Positions 61,758 to 64,000 of a DNA stretch of 64,000 bases are shown piece by piece. Location of the stretch: the NCBI GenBank assembly GCA_001779115.1, contig MFJF01000005.1, forward strand, positions 76,922 through 140,921, given 5' to 3'. The notes under the pieces were generated by a model. That model was not told the DNA's origin, did not search any database, and saw only the letters and a list, made by a program, of their open reading frames with translations. The translations under genes were made by a program, and so were the position numbers. Numbering within the stretch: the first letter of the stretch is position 1; each line of letters starts with the position of its first letter. This DNA is from Candidatus Gottesmanbacteria bacterium RIFCSPHIGHO2_01_FULL_40_15. Its GTDB lineage: Bacteria > Patescibacteriota > Microgenomatia > 2-02-FULL-39-11.

Positions 61758-64000
61758 TTACTGCCAGGCTTCGCAGATGAGGCGGAAATCACAGAAATCG
61801 CACCAGGGACCGACTTTGGGGAAAAATTGGCTTTTTTCAATATCACCGGCAATATTGACTATTTTAGTTTTGGCTTCAACCAGTTGTTGTTTTTCTCTTT
61901 TGGATGATATTTTTCGGGACTCTTCAAGAAAATAAAAAGAGAGAGTAACATTTTCAGGATCAGTATTATATATCCCCCTATCCGAGGCGGCCAGGGCGTA
62001 GACCGTCATCTGCAAATTCCCGGCAATATCCTTATCTGAAAGTATTTTTCCGGTTTTATAATCGATAATCTCGATCGAATTTGAATTCAATTTATCCACC
62101 CGGTCGATTTTTCCGCCAAGCTTGAGGCTGGGTGTCAATTTAATGGTGAACAGTTTCTCCAAGTCATCAATTTTTACATCTGAACTGTGACCTTTATCGT
62201 AATAGAGGGACAGCATACCTTCGGCCCTTTTTTTCATGACCGCTTCGTATTTTTTATTTTTGTATCCTAAGGGAATCCAAACCCGGTGAAGAAGATTTAA
62301 AAGAGTATTTTTGTCCGGATTTAGGCTTTTCCTGTAAAGTTGATAAAAGTTTTGGAGAGCCAGATGGACGGATGACCCGAAAGATGCCGCGGCTGAAGAT
62401 GGAACGGGAATTTTAAGAATATGGCGGTATTTATACTGGAGAGGACAAGTTAAAAAGGTTGAGATTTGTGAATAAGACAAATAATTAACATTCTGTCTTT
62501 TTGGTTCTTCTTCTTTTAAATCCTGCTTTTTCCAGGCAAGGAGTGTCAGTTGTTCATTATTTCCTGATTCAATTTCAATTCCGGGTAAGTCATTTTTACC
62601 AAGAATTTCATAAACAAAAGGTGAAATTTTTTTTACCCGTTTACCTTCACCGTAATAAAGAGCGGCCGTTAAAAATAACATGTCCCGGGCACGGGTTGCT
62701 CCGACATAAAATAACCGCCTTTCTTCCTGCTGGTGAAAGTCCCCAACAGGTAATATTTCTTTAATAAGTTCATCGGGGATTGGAATTTTTTCAGTCCTTT
62801 CCCTGGTCGGGAAACGGTCCGAAACAAGATTAACGAGATATACAACCGGAAATTCCAAACCTTTTGAACTGTGAACAGTCAAAATATTTACGGCATCATT
62901 TTTTATCCAGTCAGTATCGGTGGCTTGCGGACTTTCCCCCAGCTCCATACTCATATCCAGCCAGTCGGATACGGCATAAACCGTGGCATCCTCATGTTCG
63001 GCTTCAAAACCTTTCAGCTTGTCAAAGAATTTGGAAATATTTGATATTTCTTTTTCTTCTTTTATTGACTGGTAATCGGTAAATTTTTGCAGCATGCCCG
63101 ACTTTTCAAGGAAGGAATAAAGAATCTGTCCGGCAGAATCCGTTTTGGCTGATTTAAGATGATCTTCTATCATGGCGGCTATTTTCAGGAGAATTCCGGC
63201 TGAGCGGTCTGACAAATAAGGAAGATAGGGTTGGTAATTTAATTTTTTACTCCAGTGATCCATTTTTTTACCGATATCGGCCGTGAATATATCCAGAGCT
63301 TCATAAAGGGTTCTGCCTGTTTTTTTGGAAAAATTCAGAAGCGCTGACAGATCGCGTACGGAGATGTCAAATACCGGCAAACTGAGAACGCTGAATAGGG
63401 CAACGGAGTCATCAGGATTGGCCAGAAATTTGATATAAGCTAAAAGTTCCTTAACTTCCTTCTGCCTGAAAAGCATACCGGGACCCAGAAACTGAAATGG
63501 GATGTTTAACCTCCGGAAAGCACTGGTAAAAGGAACGGAATGCTGATTGGCTCTGACCAGAACGGCAAAGTCACTCCATTTATACTTTTTATCATCGCTT
63601 TCCTGTATTTCCGCTTGCTTTTTAATTTGCACAATTTTACGGGCAATACTTTCCGCCTCATCTTCAACCCGGTTTTTAAAGATAAATTCAGGCGGTTCTC
63701 CCTGGATACCGCGGACACTTATCAGTTTTTTGTTAATTTTCTCTTTTACTTCAAGCCGGTCAGGATTATTTTTTTGAATCAACCGGTAGACTGAATCAAG
63801 TATGGTCTGGGTTGAACGGTAATTTTTCTTCAAAACGATAATTTCAGCTTTTTTATAGCGCTTTCTGAATTGGATAATATTGGAAACAGCTGCGCCTCTC
63901 CAGCGGTAGATGGCCTGGTCATCATCACCGGTTGCAGTTATATCGGCTTTTACTCCGGCCAAAAGCATAGCCAGCTCATTTTGGGCAAAATTAGTATCCT
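61758..64000 (-). CDS. UvrD-like helicase fused to a RecB/Cas4-type Fe-S nuclease (AddA/AdnB-like); 5' end lies beyond the window
   Basis: Helicase motifs (TGDDDQAIYRWRGA, GTRARDML). The nuclease part has QMTVYALA and IEIIDYKTGK, plus a four-Cys cluster (CPLQYKY...CDFCDFRLIC). The reading frame stays open to nt 64000. Confidence 0.8.
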   Translation of the reverse strand, partial: DTNFAQNELAMLLAGVKADITATGDDDQAIYRWRGAAVSNIIQFRKRYKKAEIIVLKKNYRSTQTILDSVYRLIQKNNPDRLEVKEKINKKLISVRGIQGEPPEFIFKNRVEDEAESIARKIVQIKKQAEIQESDDKKYKWSDFAVLVRANQHSVPFTSAFRRLNIPFQFLGPGMLFRQKEVKELLAYIKFLANPDDSVALFSVLSLPVFDISVRDLSALLNFSKKTGRTLYEALDIFTADIGKKMDHWSKKLNYQPYLPYLSDRSAGILLKIAAMIEDHLKSAKTDSAGQILYSFLEKSGMLQKFTDYQSIKEEKEISNISKFFDKLKGFEAEHEDATVYAVSDWLDMSMELGESPQATDTDWIKNDAVNILTVHSSKGLEFPVVYLVNLVSDRFPTRERTEKIPIPDELIKEILPVGDFHQQEERRLFYVGATRARDMLFLTAALYYGEGKRVKKISPFVYEILGKNDLPGIEIESGNNEQLTLLAWKKQDLKEEEPKRQNVNYLSYSQISTFLTCPLQYKYRHILKIPVPSSAAASFGSSVHLALQNFYQLYRKSLNPDKNTLLNLLHRVWIPLGYKNKKYEAVMKKRAEGMLSLYYDKGHSSDVKIDDLEKLFTIKLTPSLKLGGKIDRVDKLNSNSIEIIDYKTGKILSDKDIAGNLQMTVYALAASDRGIYNTDPENVTLSFYFLEESRKISSKREKQQLVEAKTKIVNIAGDIEKSQFFPKVGPWCDFCDFRLICEAWQ

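Noticed and set aside
1-64000. CRISPR arrays, rRNA, tRNA, tmRNA, RNase P or SRP RNA
   Set aside because: There are no regularly spaced direct repeats and no GTTCGA/T-loop-like tRNA signatures in any intergenic gap. The longest gaps (15296-15637, 16166-16365, 27147-27397, 29944-30133) are explained by promoters, terminators or the Pro-rich frame.

Overview
This 64-kb window looks like a fragment of a low-GC, reduced-genome bacterial chromosome; the lineage call (plausibly Patescibacteria/CPR-like or a similarly streamlined monoderm) is inference only. Signs of streamlining are many short, tightly packed genes, frequent TTG/GTG starts, weak or absent Shine-Dalgarno sites, and truncated housekeeping proteins (IF-2 499 aa, AlaRS about 613 aa, HrcA 244 aa, Obg 312 aa). 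There are no rRNA or tRNA genes and no CRISPR array.

Informational core genes on the left: rpoC (5' end, partial)-rpoB on the minus strand, divergent from nusA-infB, then a DHH/NrnA-like pseudoenzyme, rpsO, and a pnp / PLP enzyme / Lon-like AAA+ ATPase / rnj gene run. Further along are thyA-folA, ftsK, obg, alaS, a CIRCE-controlled hrcA-grpE-dnaK-dnaJ operon, murJ, rpsT, tpiA, two UvrD-family helicases (one fused to a RecB/Cas4-type Fe-S nuclease and running off the window end) and Nif3.

Cell-envelope genes are interspersed: CAP-domain protein, Rpf-like transglycosylase, rhomboid protease next to a Pro/Thr-rich protein with a GlyGly-CTERM-like tail, RodZ-like protein, GT-C glycosyltransferase, sortase, MltG, LCP, tandem FemAB paralogs, PilN/PilO-like proteins and a large FN3/Ig surface protein.

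An accessory-looking stretch at about 25.2-31.4 kb carries several small secreted or Gly-rich proteins, a DUF642 protein, a 1.2-kb two-ORF segment bracketed by 45-bp direct repeats, and a class-II Fic protein.

The candidates I consider most interesting:
- the standalone Lon AAA+ module lacking the protease domain, embedded between PNPase and RNase J;
- the catalytically dead NrnA paralog in the nusA-infB-rpsO-pnp neighbourhood;
- the rhomboid/substrate-like pair;
- the DUF2130 (Zn-ribbon plus nuclease-like domain) / ThpR / MGMT-like trio;
- the direct-repeat-flanked insertion;
- the recurrent ACTTGACAAA -35 boxes, including a CIRCE-overlapped, near-leaderless hrcA promoter.

All coordinates were read by eye from the sequence and may be off by a few nucleotides.
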